64,000 nt of DNA from Burkholderiales bacterium (lineage in GTDB: Bacteria; Pseudomonadota; Gammaproteobacteria; Burkholderiales; JAHFRG01): positions 682 through 64,681 of the forward strand of contig DASPRE010000090.1 in assembly GCA_035624615.1 (NCBI GenBank). Direction: 5' to 3'. The translations under genes and the position numbers were made by a program. This document shows positions 14,959 through 24,507 of this stretch, piece after piece (the stretch's first letter is position 1; every line of letters starts with the position of its first letter). The notes under the pieces were generated by a model that worked only from the letters and a program-made list of their open reading frames with translations, was not told where the DNA came from and did no database searches.

Positions 14959-16260
14959 ATGACGGTTATTGCAGAAGGCCAAGCTAAGTCCTTGCTGGAG
15001 CGCATTGGCAAATACGAGATCAAAAAACTGCTCGGCAAAGGCACCTTGGGCACGGTATATCTTGGAGTTGATCCCTTTGCCAATTCCAAAGTTGCCATAA
15101 AACTCATTGATCCAAGCGTGTTCCAGGATCCGACGCAAGGAAAGGTGCTTCGTAAGCAGTTCTTGAATGAGGCTTCCCTTGCTGGGAAGCTTGTGCACCC
15201 TCACATTGTCTCAATCCTCGATGCGGAAATTGGGGCAGATCGCAATTACGTCGTTATGGAATACGTTCCGGGAGGGAGTCTAGCGAAATTTACCCGCGCG
15301 CAAAGTTTGCTTCCAGTCAGGGATGTAATCGAGATTGGTTTCAAATGTTGTGGCGCACTCGATTACGCATCACGCCAAGGAATCGTCCATCGGGACGTTA
15401 AACCGGCAAATATCATGGTTGTCAGCAGGACCGAAGTGAAGCTCAGCGATTTCGGCGCCGCCTACCTTCAAAAAGCGTTGTCGACGCAAATTCTGAATAT
15501 CGGTTCTCCCGCTTATATGTCTCCGGAGCAGATCAGTGCAAAGGCGCTGACACAACACAGTGATATGTTCTCGTTAGCGGTCGTCCTTTACGAACTCCTA
15601 ACTGGCTTTCAGCCCTTCATTGCACGGAGCATGTCGTCTCTTTTTCAAATGATCCTTCATCAAGAACCCTTGCCCCCGAGCGCGTTGCGGCCCTCGCTTG
15701 GTTCGGACTTGGATCGCGTATTATTGTTGGCGCTCAAGAAAAACCCGCAGGACCGTTATCCCGCTTGGGCTGATTTCGCACTTGAGTTGGCAAAGGTTGG
15801 ACAACTTAGCGTCTATGACCAAGAAATTCCGGACAGCGAGAAATTTCCAGCTTTGAGAGCGATGGAGGTCCTCAAGCAGCTTAGTGATCCGGAAATTTGG
15901 GAACTGGTTAACGCGGGCCGCTGGAGTCGGTTGCCCGCCCAGACCGAGATACTTCGCGAAAACGAGCCAGGCCAGAGCCTGTACTTTTTGACACAAGGTC
16001 AAGTCAAAGTAACCAAGCATGGACGCCTCCTGGGCACCCTTATCGGCGGCGAGTGCTTCGGCGAAATGAGTTACATTCGTGGGGGAGTGCTGCCACGCCA
16101 GGCCACCGTTGAGTCCTTGACCGAGGCGGTTGTGGTCGAGCTTAAAAGCGCAGATTTGGAACGTCTTAGCGATAGCTGCCAGCTACGCTTTGGGCGCGCG
16201 CTAATGCGCACCCTTGTGGATCGCCTGGCGCTCGCAAACGTGAGAATGTCCCAAGTATAG
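14959..16260 (+). CDS. Hanks-type Ser/Thr protein kinase with C-terminal cyclic-nucleotide-binding domain
   Basis: LGKGTLGTVYLG, VAIK, HRDVKPAN, SDFG, GSPAYMSPEQ. The C-terminal ILRENEPGQSLYFLTQGQVKV...GECFGEMSY...RQATV is a cNMP fold. Confidence 0.92.
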   Translation: MTVIAEGQAKSLLERIGKYEIKKLLGKGTLGTVYLGVDPFANSKVAIKLIDPSVFQDPTQGKVLRKQFLNEASLAGKLVHPHIVSILDAEIGADRNYVVMEYVPGGSLAKFTRAQSLLPVRDVIEIGFKCCGALDYASRQGIVHRDVKPANIMVVSRTEVKLSDFGAAYLQKALSTQILNIGSPAYMSPEQISAKALTQHSDMFSLAVVLYELLTGFQPFIARSMSSLFQMILHQEPLPPSALRPSLGSDLDRVLLLALKKNPQDRYPAWADFALELAKVGQLSVYDQEIPDSEKFPALRAMEVLKQLSDPEIWELVNAGRWSRLPAQTEILRENEPGQSLYFLTQGQVKVTKHGRLLGTLIGGECFGEMSYIRGGVLPRQATVESLTEAVVVELKSADLERLSDSCQLRFGRALMRTLVDRLALANVRMSQV

Positions 16261-16395
16261 CCATTTCAAAGCGGCCGTTAGGGAAGAAGCGGTGCAATAA
16301 CGAGCTTAACCCGGCGGCTAATTTCACGCGTTGTTCCCTCCAGGCTTGAATGGCAATTAGCCCGGACTTGCCGGTCCAAGGCTTGAAGCCAGATG

Positions 16396-16941
16396 TCAAC
16401 GACCTGACCTGTGCTCTTCATCTGATCCGCCGACGGCGGTGCGGTGCACATAGAACTTCGCCGAAGGCGCAGTAATCAGAGTATTGCCGGCGCCGTCCAA
16501 TACGGCTACTTGGAGCTCACGCATGACATTATCCTTGGCCGCGCTCTGCCATTCGGCCGAGGTAATATGGAACTTGAGTGAGTTGTGTAGCGTAGGTAAG
16601 GTTGTCCCGTCCAAAGTAACGCTTATCGCGTTGCCGCTCTGTAATGCGGGGGTGAGGCGCAGGCTGACCTGAAACTTGCCTGTATTGGTATGTACGGTGC
16701 TTTGGTTTTGTGGTGAAAGAATCGTGAACGCCGTGTAACCCGGAGTAGCCTGCTGCTGTTGTTCTCGTGTCGCAGCCGGCGTGTTAATTACGTTTGCTGG
16801 AGGAAGATCGATGGGCTGGGCGCCTGGGCTCGGTGTGTCGGAAAATACAGGTCCCTCTTTGTCCTTGGACTCATACACCGTTTGAGCGTCTGCGAAAACA
16901 GGAAAGAGAAAGACCAGTAGCGAGAAAGTCACAAGCCTCAT
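16396..16941 (-). CDS. Secreted DUF4124-domain protein with C-terminal Ig-like domain
   Basis: Signal peptide MRLVTFSLLVFLFPVFADA, then VYESKDKEGPVFSDTPSPGA. Confidence 0.7.
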   Translation of the reverse strand: MRLVTFSLLVFLFPVFADAQTVYESKDKEGPVFSDTPSPGAQPIDLPPANVINTPAATREQQQQATPGYTAFTILSPQNQSTVHTNTGKFQVSLRLTPALQSGNAISVTLDGTTLPTLHNSLKFHITSAEWQSAAKDNVMRELQVAVLDGAGNTLITAPSAKFYVHRTAVGGSDEEHRSGR

Positions 16942-17070
16942 CGTAATTTCCGAGTAAAGGATCAAGCGTTCAAAAATTATAGCTGAGGCCAGCTCTTCGA
17001 GCTACTAATTGGCCGTTTGAGCAACCAAATATAATCATATAATGACCTTGTATATAATCGCTTCGCTCGA

Positions 17071-18012
17071 ATGACCCAAGCCGAAACATCCTCGTCGGAA
17101 AACCAGCTCATCGCTGACAAGCTACGCGAAGCAGCAGAACTCCTTGGCGCTCAGGGCGCCAATCCTTTCCGAGTGAACGCCTATCGTAAGGCAGCCGATA
17201 CGATTTCGCATCTTTCTCGAAGCGTCCGCGAAATATTTAAAATCGAGGGAATTGAGGGTCTTGATGCACTTCCCAATATCGGCAGAGGCATCGCCTCGGC
17301 AGTAGCGGAAATTCTGATTACTGAGCGCTGGGCTCAATTGGAACGCCTGCGTGGGACAACCGACCCGGCAACTTTGTTTCAATCTGTTCCAGGTATGGGG
17401 CCGGGGCTGGCAAAACGAATTCACGATACCTTGCATATCGAGACCCTTGAAGAGCTGGAATCGGCCGCGCATGACGGAAGACTTGAAAGCGTTCCCGGCG
17501 TAGGTTTGAGACGCGCAGCTGCATGGCGCGCGATTCTCGATAAAATGCTTGGCCGTGTGAGAGCACGGCCGGCGCGCCTTATGAGCGAGAATGTACAAGA
17601 GCCTTCGGTTGAATTACTTTTGGACGTAGACCATGAATACCGTGAGAAAGGCGCTTCGGGGAACCTGCCTAAAATCGTGCCGAAACGATTTAACCCCAAA
17701 AACGAAGCTTGGCTGCCGGTTCTTCACACCAAGCGCGAAAAGTGGCACTTTACGGTGCTCTACTCGAACACGGCTTTGGCACACAAACTCGGAAGACTGC
17801 GCGATTGGGTTGTCCTTTATTTCTATGATAGCGACCACGTAGAACGCCAACGTACTGTTGTTACCGAGACGCGCGGATCATTGGTCGGCAGGAGGGTGGT
17901 CCGCGGACGTGAACAGGAATGCGAAAATTTTTACGCTCGTCCGGCGTCGGGCCACCATGGGCATCAGGTACATCAGCCGACACTAAAAAATATCCCAGCG
18001 CCAAAACCGTGA
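17071..18012 (+). CDS. PolX N-terminal/helix-hairpin-helix DNA-binding protein without a polymerase catalytic domain
   Basis: GANPFRVNAYRKAA, LPNIGRGIA, VPGMGPGLA and VPGVGLRR are HhH motifs. The distinct C-terminal domain contains PKRFNP...WHFTVLYSNT. Confidence 0.8.
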   Translation: MTQAETSSSENQLIADKLREAAELLGAQGANPFRVNAYRKAADTISHLSRSVREIFKIEGIEGLDALPNIGRGIASAVAEILITERWAQLERLRGTTDPATLFQSVPGMGPGLAKRIHDTLHIETLEELESAAHDGRLESVPGVGLRRAAAWRAILDKMLGRVRARPARLMSENVQEPSVELLLDVDHEYREKGASGNLPKIVPKRFNPKNEAWLPVLHTKREKWHFTVLYSNTALAHKLGRLRDWVVLYFYDSDHVERQRTVVTETRGSLVGRRVVRGREQECENFYARPASGHHGHQVHQPTLKNIPAPKP

Positions 18013-18103
18013 AAGGGCCCGCGAATAAGCGATTCGACTGCAGTCCGAGGGTCACCTTGGCCTCGCGCAGAATAGCCATTGCGACGCATTTTTGCCACTG
18101 CCT

Positions 18104-19204
18104 ATGAAGCTATTTCTATGTGGCGACGTTATGACGGGTCGGGGAATTGACCAGATTCTGCCGCATCCAAGCCAGCCGCATTTGTTCGAGCCATACGTAG
18201 GCTTGGCGACTGATTACGTCGAACTCGCCGAGCGGGCGAGCGGCACGTTAAAAATACCGGTCGATTTTGCTTACATCTGGGGCGATGCCCTGAGGGAGTT
18301 CGAGCGGGTTAACCCAGACGTGCGCATCATCAATCTAGAAACGGCTGTCACGACAAGCGAGGACGCCTGGCAGGGAAAGGGAATCCATTACCGCATGAAC
18401 CCCGCGAACATGGGCTGCCTTACCGCCGCTAAAATCGATTGCTGCGTGTTGGCCAACAATCATGTTCTGGATTGGGGATACAGTGGGCTTACCGAAACGC
18501 TTAATTTACTGCACCGAGCGGGGCTGCGCACTGCCGGAGCGGGCCGCAACCAGGAAAAAGCATCAGCACCGGCGCGCATTAAAGTGCCGGCCAAGGGCAG
18601 AGTGCTGGTATTCGCCGTCGCCATGGCGAGCAGCGGCGTGTCTCACGATTGGGCGGCAACCAAAGAGAATGCTGGGGTAAATTTTTTGGGAGATCTTTCC
18701 GAGCGTTCTGTGGACGCAATTGCGCGCCAGGTGTTGGGCGAAAAGCGGGCGGGAGACATCGCTGTGTTTTCTATTCACTGGGGCGCTAATTGGGGCTTCT
18801 ATATATCGGATGAGGAGCGCATGTTTGCGCACCGCCTCATCGACGATGCTGGAATAGATGTGGTGCACGGCCATTCCTCGCATCACGTGAAGGGCATCGA
18901 GGTCTACCGAGAAAAACCGATTATTTACGGCTGCGGAGATTTTCTAAATGACTATGAAGGTATTGGCGGGTATCAGAATTACAGGGGCGATCTGTCGCTG
19001 ATGTATTTCCCGGTTGTTGATGCCGCCACTGGCAAATTGCTTCAATTCAGCGCCACCCCGACCCAGATTCGCCGGTTGCGCGTCAATTACGCGCCCGCAG
19101 AGGGTGTGCGTTGGTTATTCGAGTGCCTAAACCGCGAATGTAGGAAGCTGGGTACGTGGGTGGAACAATCGGCGGATAATACTTTTCTATTGCGCTGGAA
19201 GTAA
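18104..19204 (+). CDS. CapA/poly-gamma-glutamate-synthesis family metallophosphoesterase
   Basis: LCGDVMTGRG, INLET, LANNHVLDWG, SIHWG, HGHSSHH, YGCGDF. Confidence 0.88.
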   Translation: MKLFLCGDVMTGRGIDQILPHPSQPHLFEPYVGLATDYVELAERASGTLKIPVDFAYIWGDALREFERVNPDVRIINLETAVTTSEDAWQGKGIHYRMNPANMGCLTAAKIDCCVLANNHVLDWGYSGLTETLNLLHRAGLRTAGAGRNQEKASAPARIKVPAKGRVLVFAVAMASSGVSHDWAATKENAGVNFLGDLSERSVDAIARQVLGEKRAGDIAVFSIHWGANWGFYISDEERMFAHRLIDDAGIDVVHGHSSHHVKGIEVYREKPIIYGCGDFLNDYEGIGGYQNYRGDLSLMYFPVVDAATGKLLQFSATPTQIRRLRVNYAPAEGVRWLFECLNRECRKLGTWVEQSADNTFLLRWK

Positions 19205-19228
19205 TGCGAGCATTTCTCTGAGGCAATT

Positions 19229-19963
19229 TCATGTCAGCATGCCCGCAAGATGTTGCGCATCCCGGGGAGCATGTCCGGCATCGGTGTTATCGAAATAGAT
19301 GTGGACGTCGCGTCCTTCAGCAGACCAGTGCCGGATACGCTGGGCCCAATCGGCGAGGTCGCGACCGGTATAGCTGGATACATAGGTGACGCGGTGTCCA
19401 TGCAGCCTAACGTAGACCAGATCCGTGGTCACGGCATCCCAAAACGGCCAATCTGCTGCGTCGGACTGGCATGCGGCAAGACGGTGTCGTTGGAGGCATT
19501 CGACAGTTCGCTCATCGAACCACGATTGGTGCCTGAACTCCAACGCATGCCGGGTCTCCTGCCAGCTGTCAAGCAGTCGCGCAAATCGCTCTAGCCGCGG
19601 CAAATCCCGCTCCAGACTGGCGGGCAGTTGCCAAAGCACTACTGCAAGATGCTTACCCAGGGGCGCGACGGTCTGCTTTTGCCGTAGAAATGCTGCGCGA
19701 GGAATGTGCAGCTTTAGGACGTGGGTTAAATAGCGGTGGCCTTTAATCGCGAACTTGAAATCGCGTGGCGTTGCTTTAGCCCAATTCGCAAAGGTGTTCC
19801 GCTTGAGCTGATGGTAGAAAGTGGCATTTACCTCAACTGCGCGGAAGAACTGAGCATAATGGCTGAGCCAGGCACTTCGCGGGACGCCCGCGTAAAAACT
19901 CTCTCTCCAGGCATCGTATGTCCAGCCACTTGTACCCACGTAAATTGCCCCTTGCTTTTTCAA
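19229..19963 (-). CDS. DUF72 (YecE-like) protein
   Basis: YVGTSGW, VEVNATFY, LWQLP, ALEFRHQSW, YVRLHG, IYFDN. Confidence 0.9.
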   Translation of the reverse strand: MKKQGAIYVGTSGWTYDAWRESFYAGVPRSAWLSHYAQFFRAVEVNATFYHQLKRNTFANWAKATPRDFKFAIKGHRYLTHVLKLHIPRAAFLRQKQTVAPLGKHLAVVLWQLPASLERDLPRLERFARLLDSWQETRHALEFRHQSWFDERTVECLQRHRLAACQSDAADWPFWDAVTTDLVYVRLHGHRVTYVSSYTGRDLADWAQRIRHWSAEGRDVHIYFDNTDAGHAPRDAQHLAGMLT

Positions 19964-20195
19964 ACGGATTTGTCCGGCACGATATTTATAAATAGTTTAG
20001 TGCACTTATGACAATGAAAGGCCGTTGTTAATTCGTGGTCACGCTCGGGCGCATGGAAATAGCCCCGAAGAAAAAACGATCTTGGACGGCATTTTGGGTA
20101 TGATTCCGCGGTTTCCTTGACCCGACCTGTTGTTTTTCGTTAAGTTGGCAATAAAGATTGGGTAGACAAACATTTTAATATCACCGCTGGATTCC

Positions 20196-20762
20196 ATGTC
20201 AAAGCAACTCACACACGTAATCGGATTCGATGACGCCCCCTTTGATCAGCGTGATCGCAGCGACGTGTTGGTAATCGGAGCAGTTTACTCGGGACTGCGA
20301 CTGAACGCTGTGCTCTCCGCCAAAGTTCGGCGGGACGGAATTAATTCCACCAGGGTCCTGACCGATATGGTGCGAAAATCGCGTTTTTGGTCCCAGACCC
20401 ATGCGATCCTGCTTCAAGGTATCGCGCTCGCGGGATTCAATGTTGTCGACCTAGATGCGCTTCACGCGGCATTGGCAATTCCGGTGATTCTGATTACCCG
20501 CCGTAAGCCGAACCTAGAGTCGATTCGACGCGCGCTGCTAAGCCATGTGCCGGGAGGAGAGCGCAAATGGCGGCTTATCGAGCACGCGGGTCCAATGGAA
20601 CGCGTAGCCGGGGTCTACGTCCAGCACCGCGGCTGTTCGATCGCTGAAATTGAAAGCATGCTGCGGCGTTTCGCCGTCAATAGCTCCATTCCGGAACCGT
20701 TGCGTACCGCGCACCTAATCGCCGGAGGTGTGGTGCTGGGTGAGAGCACCCATCGCGTGTAG
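20196..20762 (+). CDS. DUF99 family protein (endonuclease V-like fold)
   Basis: VIGFDDAPF, VRRDG, GIALAGFNVVD, IPEPLRTAHLIAGG. Confidence 0.8.
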   Translation: MSKQLTHVIGFDDAPFDQRDRSDVLVIGAVYSGLRLNAVLSAKVRRDGINSTRVLTDMVRKSRFWSQTHAILLQGIALAGFNVVDLDALHAALAIPVILITRRKPNLESIRRALLSHVPGGERKWRLIEHAGPMERVAGVYVQHRGCSIAEIESMLRRFAVNSSIPEPLRTAHLIAGGVVLGESTHRV

Positions 20763-20885
20763 GTTTGGCTCGGTACGTTGGCAATTTATGTTTGGGTGCC
20801 TGGAAACTAAGCCCGATTAATTTTGAAAGCGCCATGGTTGCACAAAAAATTTAAGTAATCTTGAACACTGCATGCTGGAGTCGGG

Positions 20886-21920
20886 ATGCTTGAGATTGAC
20901 GGATGCTACGGAGAGGGTGGCGGACAACTAGTACGAACGGCGGTCGCGCTTGCTGCCATTACCGGTATTCCGGTCACCATTTCAAATATCCGTGCCAAGC
21001 GCGCGAATCCAGGGCTTGCGGCGCAGCATCTGACGGCGGTAAACGCGGTTGCCGCACTATGTGGTGCCGATGTCAACGGACTTGCTTTGAAAACGCAGCG
21101 GCTGATATTTCGGCCAGGCCGGCTGCGCGGGGGAGATTTTCAATTTGACGTCGGCACTGCAGGCAGCGTCACGCTGGTACTGCAGGCGCTGTTGCCGGCG
21201 ATGATCCGCAGCGGGGAGCGCGCGTGCGTGCGCATCATTGGCGGCACTGATGTGCGAGCGGCGCCGCCCTTTGATTATTTTCAACGCGTGCTGCTGGTGT
21301 TGCTCCGCAAGATGGGGGCACGAGTCCAGGGAGAGGTGCTGCGCCGTGGGTATTATCCAAGAGGAGGCGGCGAGGTCTTGGTAGTCGTCGACCCAGGCCA
21401 ATTGCACGCGATGCAACTCGATCGTGCAGGAGAGCTAAGAAGATTGTCCGGCCATGCGCATATCGCGAATTTACCGGCGCATGTAGTCGCGCGCATGCAA
21501 AATGCCGCGATGGAACCATTGCGAAAGTTTGGCATTTCGGAGCCCGCCATCACGGCGCAGCTGCTAGGCAGGGACGACGCGTATGGCCAGGGTGGTGCAA
21601 TTGTTCTTTGGGCTGAAACCGAGTTTAGTGTGCTGGGCGCCGGGCGTGTGGCTCAGCGTGGTGTGCGCGCTGAACTCCTCGGCAAGGAAGCCGGAAAAGA
21701 CCTTGCCGCCGATCTCGATGCCGGCGTATCACTCGACATACATGCAAGCGATCAGCTTCTGGTCTATCTGGCACTTGCTGGCAGAGGGTCGCGTATTACC
21801 GCACGCACTCTAAGCAGTCATGCGCAAACCACGATTTGGTTAATCGAGCAATTTCTGCCAGTCCGTTTTGAAACGACTGAATGCGGCATGGTAGTCTCGA
21901 TCGAAACGCGAAGCAAATGA
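20886..21920 (+). CDS. rtcA: RNA 3'-terminal phosphate cyclase
   Basis: IDGCYGEGGGQLVRTA, GLAAQH, GTAGS, GGTDV, GYYPRGGG, DIHASDQL (catalytic His). Confidence 0.95.
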   Translation: MLEIDGCYGEGGGQLVRTAVALAAITGIPVTISNIRAKRANPGLAAQHLTAVNAVAALCGADVNGLALKTQRLIFRPGRLRGGDFQFDVGTAGSVTLVLQALLPAMIRSGERACVRIIGGTDVRAAPPFDYFQRVLLVLLRKMGARVQGEVLRRGYYPRGGGEVLVVVDPGQLHAMQLDRAGELRRLSGHAHIANLPAHVVARMQNAAMEPLRKFGISEPAITAQLLGRDDAYGQGGAIVLWAETEFSVLGAGRVAQRGVRAELLGKEAGKDLAADLDAGVSLDIHASDQLLVYLALAGRGSRITARTLSSHAQTTIWLIEQFLPVRFETTECGMVVSIETRSK

Positions 21921-22059
21921 TTCGCTGGTAGCGATAAATATACTTGAGCTGCGGGTATTATGGTATGGCAAAAGGATAAAAAATCTGCAAGGCAATGCAA
22001 TTTGCGATGATAATCGACTTTTTTGTTTCACTGCACCTAGGTAAACTGTAATAAGCAAA

Positions 22060-24507
22060 ATGAGCAATCTTAAACCATTGGTGGCGGAACTCCTTTACCG
22101 GCGCTGCGATCCCGCCAAGTTTACTTTCGAAACTACCGCGGAGCTTGACGACCTTAGCGAGGTTATCGGGCAAGTACGCGCCATCGATGCCGCACAGTTT
22201 GGTATTGGCATGCGTCGCGAAGGCTACAACCTTTATGTCATGGGACCGAGTGGCGGCGGCAAGCGCACCCTGATGCGACAACTGCTCAAGAAACGCATAG
22301 CGCCAGAGACTCAGCCCTTCGACTGGTGCTACGTCCACAATTTTTCTCAACCGCATAAACCGCGCGCCATCCGTCTGCCGGCAGGAATGGGGGCAAAATT
22401 TCGTACCCACATGCAGCAACTGCTCGACGATTTGCGCGCAATTATTCCCGGCGTGTTCGAGGGCGAGGAGTACCGTCGTAGGCTCAATAAGATCAACGAT
22501 GAATTCGCCAAGCAACAAAACAAGGCTTTTGAAGAAGTAGCGGATGTGGCCACCCAACGCGGCATTGTCCTGCTGCGCACCCCTAATGGCTTCTCATTTG
22601 CTCCGACTAAAAATGACGAGGTACTCAGTCCAGAAGACTTTTCCAAGTTATCGGATGAAGAGAAGGAACGCATCGAACGCGATACCCAAGCGCTGCAAGA
22701 AATGCTAGAAAAAGTAATCCATCAGGTGCCGCGCTGGCGGCGGGAGCACTCTGATCGCGTGCGCAAGCTCAATGAAGAGGCCGTTCTGTTCGCAGTTGGA
22801 CACCTTATTGACGCCTTAAGAACCGAGTACGCCGATATCACGGTGGTTCGAACATATTTGGATGAAGTACAGCAGAATATCGTTGAGAGCATAGATGATT
22901 TCCGTGAGCCCAGGGAAAGGTCTTTCGGCCAAGTATTGATGGGGCTTTCAGAGCGTGCCGACTTCAGTCGCTTTCTGGTCAACTTGCTGGTTGATCACAG
23001 CGCACAGCCCGGTTTGCCGGTCATTGACGAGGAACATCCGACCTACATGAATCTGATTGGACGGGTCGAGCACCTTTCCCAACTGGGAGCGCTGGTGACC
23101 AATTTTCTGTTGATAAAACCCGGTGCGCTGCATTTGGCTAATGGCGGCTATCTGCTGTTAAATGCATTGAAGCTGATAACACAGCCCTTTTCCTGGGAAG
23201 CGCTGAAGCGTGCATTGTCTACCCGCGAGATTCGTATCGAGTCACTTGGCCAAACGTATGGTTTGGTCAGTACCGTTTCGCTCGAGCCGGAACCGATTCC
23301 GCTGGACGTCAAGGTTGTTCTAATAGGCGACCGGTTGCTGTATTACTTGTTGGCCGAATATGACCCAGAGTTCGTGGAACTATTCAAAGTCGCGGCTGAC
23401 TTTGAGGACGAGGTGTCGCGCAACAACGAAAACGATCTTCTGTATGCTCGACTGATCGCCACAGTGGCGCGCAAGGAAGGATTGCCGCCGTTTGATCGCA
23501 GCGCTGTGGCACGCGCGATTGAGCACAGCGCCCGTCGAGCCGGGGATACCGAAAAGCTCTCGACTCACATGGAAAGCTTGGCCGATCTGGTGCGTGAGGC
23601 TGGCTACTGGGCGGGGCAGGGTGGCCAAAAGGTAGTTGCGCGTGAAAATGTGGATCGCGCAATCGAAGCACAAATTCACCGCGCTGACCGGCTGCGCGCT
23701 CGTTCCTACGAGGCCATCTTGCGTGGAATGTTGCTGATCGACACCTCGGGAGAGCGAGTAGGGCAGGTCAATGGTCTCTCCGTGTTGCAGCTCGGTCAGT
23801 TCACGTTCGGCCAGCCTTCGCGCATCACAGCTACTACCCGCTTGGGTAGTGGCGAGCTAGTTGATATCCAGCGGGAGGTCAAGCTGGGGGGTGCAATCCA
23901 TTCCAAGGGTGTGCTGATTCTTGCCTCCTTTCTTGCCTCGCGCTACGCAACGGAACTGCCACTTTCGCTGTCGGCCAGCCTTGTATTCGAACAGACCTAC
24001 GGGCCGGTGGAAGGCGACAGCGCGTCGGTGGCAGAGCTGTGCGCATTAATGTCCTCACTGTCCGGGCAGCCAATCCTACAGGCGTTCTCGGTGACTGGCT
24101 CAGTCGATCAGTTCGGGCGGGTTCAGGCCATTGGCGCGGTGAATGAAAAAATCGAGGGATTTTTCGATATCTGCAGCAAACGTGGTTTAAGCGGTGACCA
24201 GGGAGTTCTCATTCCGGCCGCTAACTTGGCACATTTAATGTTGCGACAGGATATAGTGGACGCTGCTGCAGCCGGACGCTTTCATATCTACGTGGTTGAA
24301 ACCGTGGACCAGGCCATCGAAATTCTTACCGGCTTGACCGCAGGCGAAGCTGACTCCCAAGGGCGTTTTCCGGAAAACAGCGTTAACCGCAAAGTCGCAG
24401 ACCGTTTGAAGCAATTAGCCGAACTCCGGCGCGCCTATGGTAGCAAGGAGGACTCCGGCGGCACCCGTTTACGCCCGCCCGAGGAAGGCGATGCAGAACA
24501 ATCCTAA
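22060..24507 (+). CDS. Lon-like ATP-dependent protease (AAA_32 + Lon_C)
   Basis: Walker-A-like GPSGGGK, IKPGALHLANGG, GQVNGL, and the Ser-Lys dyad in EGDSAS and GAVNEKIEGF. Confidence 0.9.
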   Translation: MSNLKPLVAELLYRRCDPAKFTFETTAELDDLSEVIGQVRAIDAAQFGIGMRREGYNLYVMGPSGGGKRTLMRQLLKKRIAPETQPFDWCYVHNFSQPHKPRAIRLPAGMGAKFRTHMQQLLDDLRAIIPGVFEGEEYRRRLNKINDEFAKQQNKAFEEVADVATQRGIVLLRTPNGFSFAPTKNDEVLSPEDFSKLSDEEKERIERDTQALQEMLEKVIHQVPRWRREHSDRVRKLNEEAVLFAVGHLIDALRTEYADITVVRTYLDEVQQNIVESIDDFREPRERSFGQVLMGLSERADFSRFLVNLLVDHSAQPGLPVIDEEHPTYMNLIGRVEHLSQLGALVTNFLLIKPGALHLANGGYLLLNALKLITQPFSWEALKRALSTREIRIESLGQTYGLVSTVSLEPEPIPLDVKVVLIGDRLLYYLLAEYDPEFVELFKVAADFEDEVSRNNENDLLYARLIATVARKEGLPPFDRSAVARAIEHSARRAGDTEKLSTHMESLADLVREAGYWAGQGGQKVVARENVDRAIEAQIHRADRLRARSYEAILRGMLLIDTSGERVGQVNGLSVLQLGQFTFGQPSRITATTRLGSGELVDIQREVKLGGAIHSKGVLILASFLASRYATELPLSLSASLVFEQTYGPVEGDSASVAELCALMSSLSGQPILQAFSVTGSVDQFGRVQAIGAVNEKIEGFFDICSKRGLSGDQGVLIPAANLAHLMLRQDIVDAAAAGRFHIYVVETVDQAIEILTGLTAGEADSQGRFPENSVNRKVADRLKQLAELRRAYGSKEDSGGTRLRPPEEGDAEQS

